Assembly: GCA_030704615.1 (NCBI GenBank)
Contig: CM060733.1
Location: 5,828,001-5,892,000, forward strand
From: Takakia lepidozioides
Taxonomy: Eukaryota > Plantae > Bryophyta
Reading direction: 5' to 3'
Length of the DNA: 64,000 nt
Of the stretch, positions 60,606-64,000 are shown piece by piece. How positions within the stretch are numbered: position 1 is the first letter of the stretch; each line of letters opens with the position of its first letter. The notes beneath the pieces were generated by a model that ran no database searches, was not told the DNA's origin, and saw nothing but the letters and a program-made list of their open reading frames with translations. A program made the position numbers and the translations under genes.

Positions 60606-62904
60606 TCAAGTTGACAAAAGATCGCGACCAACGATGGGCATAGTGATAATCAACATACTTTGAACCGCATCCCACTTGGCAGAGCTGCATTCCATGTTGA
60701 TCTTATGAGGCAAGTACGTTGTCAAGAAGCTAGTAACAACCAACATCATTTTGTCATTCCCTAGTATATTTTTCTCTCCCATTCAAATCTATGCAAACAA
60801 GAAAATACAGACGTCTTAAAAGATTGAAGAAAGAATAAATTGAGCGAGAGTTAGAAAACTTACTATGTGGGAGAGCACAACTTCACATAGGTGGGTTGCA
60901 CATCCAGCTCTAATTCACCAAGACCTTCAGTTCCAGGCAGTTGAATTTTCATAACCAGGTCTTCGCAACAGAGGCTGGAGCAATTCTTCTCACTCTACGC
61001 TTGTCCCAAAAATCCCTCTTGACATAATTAGGTAGATGTGTTGTGAAAATAAAAAAGGAAATTGGTGCATGTGAAGAGGTCTATAAGTGGCATTACCTAA
61101 AGCATTGAACAGGTCGCGTGTGTGTGTATATATATGTAACGCTTTCCTAGAACATCGAATTGTGAGTATAAGAAACCAGACTTCCTTCAGGATGAGCACA
61201 TGGCCTGGTTGCCAAATGTCATTGTTTTCCAAACCCTTCTTAGATTTTTTAATTTGATGATTGTGTGTTAGTACCAAGTAATTATAGACCCCAGGTTATG
61301 AAGTATATAGGTGATTACCATTTGCATGTATACGTCATTGGCAGAGACAGCCTGCTTGTACACAAAATCATATCTGCACATCTCCCTCTCCCCAATTATA
61401 AGGCTTATAATTACATCTCTCATTTTTGTGATTATTCTACTCTTCGGGCAAGAACTGTCAGAGAGCACAGACCTCAACCTGGGGGATAAGGGGAGAATGT
61501 CTCCCAACAAGTCCAGAATACCCTACCATATGAGAATGGGGGTGCAGAAGTCACCACACTCGAGAATAACACAAGCTATATTTGTGGGGGTATTGTGATA
61601 ATGATTTTCTGAATCAGGTCCTAGAAGTGCCAATCCAGCAAATGTCCCCTTCTTGTGCAACGATTCTGGATCCTTGTAGAACTCAAAGCAAACCATTGGG
61701 TGATCCCTAGAACTTTCATCTATGGGCAATAATGTTTTTGACCCTCATGTTGGAACACAAAACGCTGGAATGGGGAGGTAAAAGTAGTTACTGGGGTCGG
61801 ATATGGCCGCCGTGCTGGCCAGCTTCCAAATCCAAAATGATTTTCGGCTCATTTTCCTTCTCTTCGTCTGCGAATCCACCCACCATTCGTTTGCCCAATG
61901 TAAGCTGAGTATGCACTAGTTCACACTTTCATACACGTAATTAGCTCAAAACTTAAAGGGTTGCATTGGACATCTTTGAAAAAGACATCTAACAATTGGG
62001 TACTTGAAACAAACATAGAGAATTTGCAAGAAACAAGCCTTTCAGAGACCTATTGCCAATGACAACAAATCTGTAGAAAGATAGGGTTCAGCACTTTACT
62101 CCTTTTCTCATCGCTGTCTTTTTCGTATTCACTCCTATCGTATTGGGGGCCGATGGAACCAGGCGTGAGGCCAGCGCACCCTACTTGTGAGTAGTCTCTA
62201 ATCTGTTGGAGGTTTAACATTGTGTTATTGATCTATGTAGGGACTGTCTATCATGACATCCATCAACTGACGAACAACTTGAGTGCGATGAATTATGAGA
62301 TATCAGCGATGAGATCCGAGATGTTAGTGATGAGCATGATAAGATCTGAGATGTCAACGATGAGATCCGAGATAAAGATCATGAGGAACATTGCAACTTG
62401 TGGTGTCATTGTTCATCTTCTGCTACTTTTGAGGAGTATGCATGTTCTACACCTCCCAGACCTTGTAATAGTATTGCATTCAATTATTTTCATCAAACAT
62501 TGGTTCCAAAGTGGCTCATTTTTTCATGCATACAGTCACAAACACGAGGTGGCACCCACACGCTCCTGGAATCAATCACCCTCCCTCCTCCATTTCTCCA
62601 CCTATACCCCTACAAATTAATTCAAACCTAGACTTTCACGCACTCAACAGAAGGAGTTTAATCTCTTAGAGCTTGAATACTTGTTCCTAGAGGTGATCGT
62701 AGGCTCTCATCACACTACAGCAAGAGCCCACAACCCCGAACATGTATGTGAGCAGTGACCGCATTGCGTTACGCTTTTTCACTTAACGTTGTTCATTCTC
62801 CTTTTCGGGTACCAAAGGACAAAGTAAAGCAACATCACCTCCTCAGGTGCAGAGGCGGAGCCCAACAGAGCCTCGAGCGCCTTCAATTCCTGCCATTGCA
62901 TCAT
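60606..62904 (-). CDS. DNAAF6: Dynein axonemal assembly factor 6 / PIH1D3 (Twister)-like protein, 7 exons, 188 aa
   Basis: Exons 62904-62839, 62714-62681, 62180-62100, 61867-61792, 61373-61319, 60994-60864 and 60729-60606 are all GT-AG and phase-consistent (567 nt). Motifs: ELKALEALL, LTPGSIGP, RPQYDFVYKQAVSANDVYMQMSEKNCSSLCCEDLVMKIQLPG, YLPHK...SAKWD...LIITMPI. Confidence 0.88.
62280..62395. repeat. ~21-bp tandem repeat (GATGAGATCCGAGATGT) in DNAAF6 intron 2
   Basis: About 4-5 degenerate units. Confidence 0.7.
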
Positions 62905-64000
62905 CTTTCTGCCCGTCTCTGAATCCCCCTAAGATAAGCAGGGTCTGAGGGTTTTATGGACTCTGCAAAATTTGCTTTGGATGTCACACAAACATTACCC
63001 CACATCAAACATCTCATTAAGTTGTTGTGTGCATCTGTCCATATATGAAGATGAAATTCCACTCTTTTGCTTTACTACAGATGTTCCAATAGCAGATCAA
63101 TAGAAGACTTCATATGAGAATACTCATGTGCTAATACAACATAATCCCTTAACAAAGTTTTTCTGTCATATCATGGCAGCTATGGGATTATGGCAAATAA
63201 CAGGAATGATAGGTTGTTGTGGTTAGCGATAGGAGGGTAGTGAGGAGATGTTTGAGAAGCACAACTTCACAACCAAATTAACACGTGATCTATTTTTGCT
63301 ACTCATTTTTCCCAACACCAAGTTCTTGCGACCATATGCAAGATGTGTCCAGTGTTGCATATCCAAACTAAGTCTTGTCTCTAGAAAGAAAACAGACTCT
63401 TGTCTTAGGCAGCTTGTACAACCGCTATAGCTCATCTATGTATCCCACCAGATTTTGAAACCCCGAAGTTACCTTAGTAGGCAAAATATCCTTCAACTTT
63501 GCACCATTCTTAGCTTCATCTATCTCACTCATAGAGAAAATTTAATAGTCTGGGTGCGAAAGTTGAGCCATAGCAAGAGAAACCATCGAAGTTCCACCAA
63601 CTGGAAAGGTGGGGTTGAATTTCATACTCTTTGGAACGCCACCTTCATCATCGTATTTGACAAGCCAAAATCTATCAATGCGACAGAATAAACAAATAAT
63701 GCACATAAAATCATGTTTAACCTCTCTTCCTATCCCATTTAACCGCTATCCAATATATCAGACATCGCATATGTACGAACTGCCATCACGCAAGTGTTTT
63801 GACAGAATCTCACAAACTTGCGACCCAATTACAAACCATGCCTTTAAACCGTCTGTTGGGCACTCGATGGCCCATGTGTTGAGCAGTAGGCTCTGTAAAT
63901 TCACTAGACTTTAAGAAAAACTTTATCTTTATGTCATCATTAAGGTGCATTGTCTATCCTTTAACCTCTCTAAAACTATGTCTGCAGAATATGTTATTTG

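Noticed and set aside
62222-62620. 132-aa ORF with MRSEM repeats
   Set aside because: Antisense to DNAAF6 intron 2 and built from a 21-bp tandem repeat.
63223-63914. Possible LINE remnant (VFFLETRL)
   Set aside because: A single short motif with no supporting RT/endonuclease motifs; cannot be supported.

Overview
Plant nuclear DNA, probably a free-sporing land plant (lycophyte/fern-like), judged from a PLS-class PPR gene, Tcn1-like chromoviruses and an intact ciliary dynein-assembly gene. About 75% of the window is a nest of Ty3/gypsy LTR retrotransposons lying between two host genes: a PLS-E(-DYW) PPR gene at 3.5-5.9 kb (minus; E/DYW end frameshifted and decayed) and a 7-exon DNAAF6/PIH1D3 gene at 60.6-62.9 kb (minus; not visible in the ORF track). 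The standout is a gypsy family present in two copies (18.1-27.8 kb nearly intact; 35.3-46.8 kb disrupted). Its polyprotein reads Gag-protease-C5 DNA cytosine methyltransferase-RT-RNaseH-integrase-PHD finger and its LTRs are very short, so one element carries both a chromatin writer and a chromatin reader. A related full-length element (47,850-58,157) has circularly permuted ends: a 20-bp palindrome follows the PPT and the 5' LTR lacks its terminal CA, which fits integration through a 2-LTR circle. It also has a tandem degenerate second RNase H. Other content: a Galadriel-like and a Tcn1-like chromovirus, an Athila/Phygy-like element with a ~1000-aa extra ORF, a duplicated PPR pseudogene segment ending at a CACTA-like terminus, several tandem-repeat arrays and one 500-N gap. 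All calls were made by eye from motifs; no database search was run.
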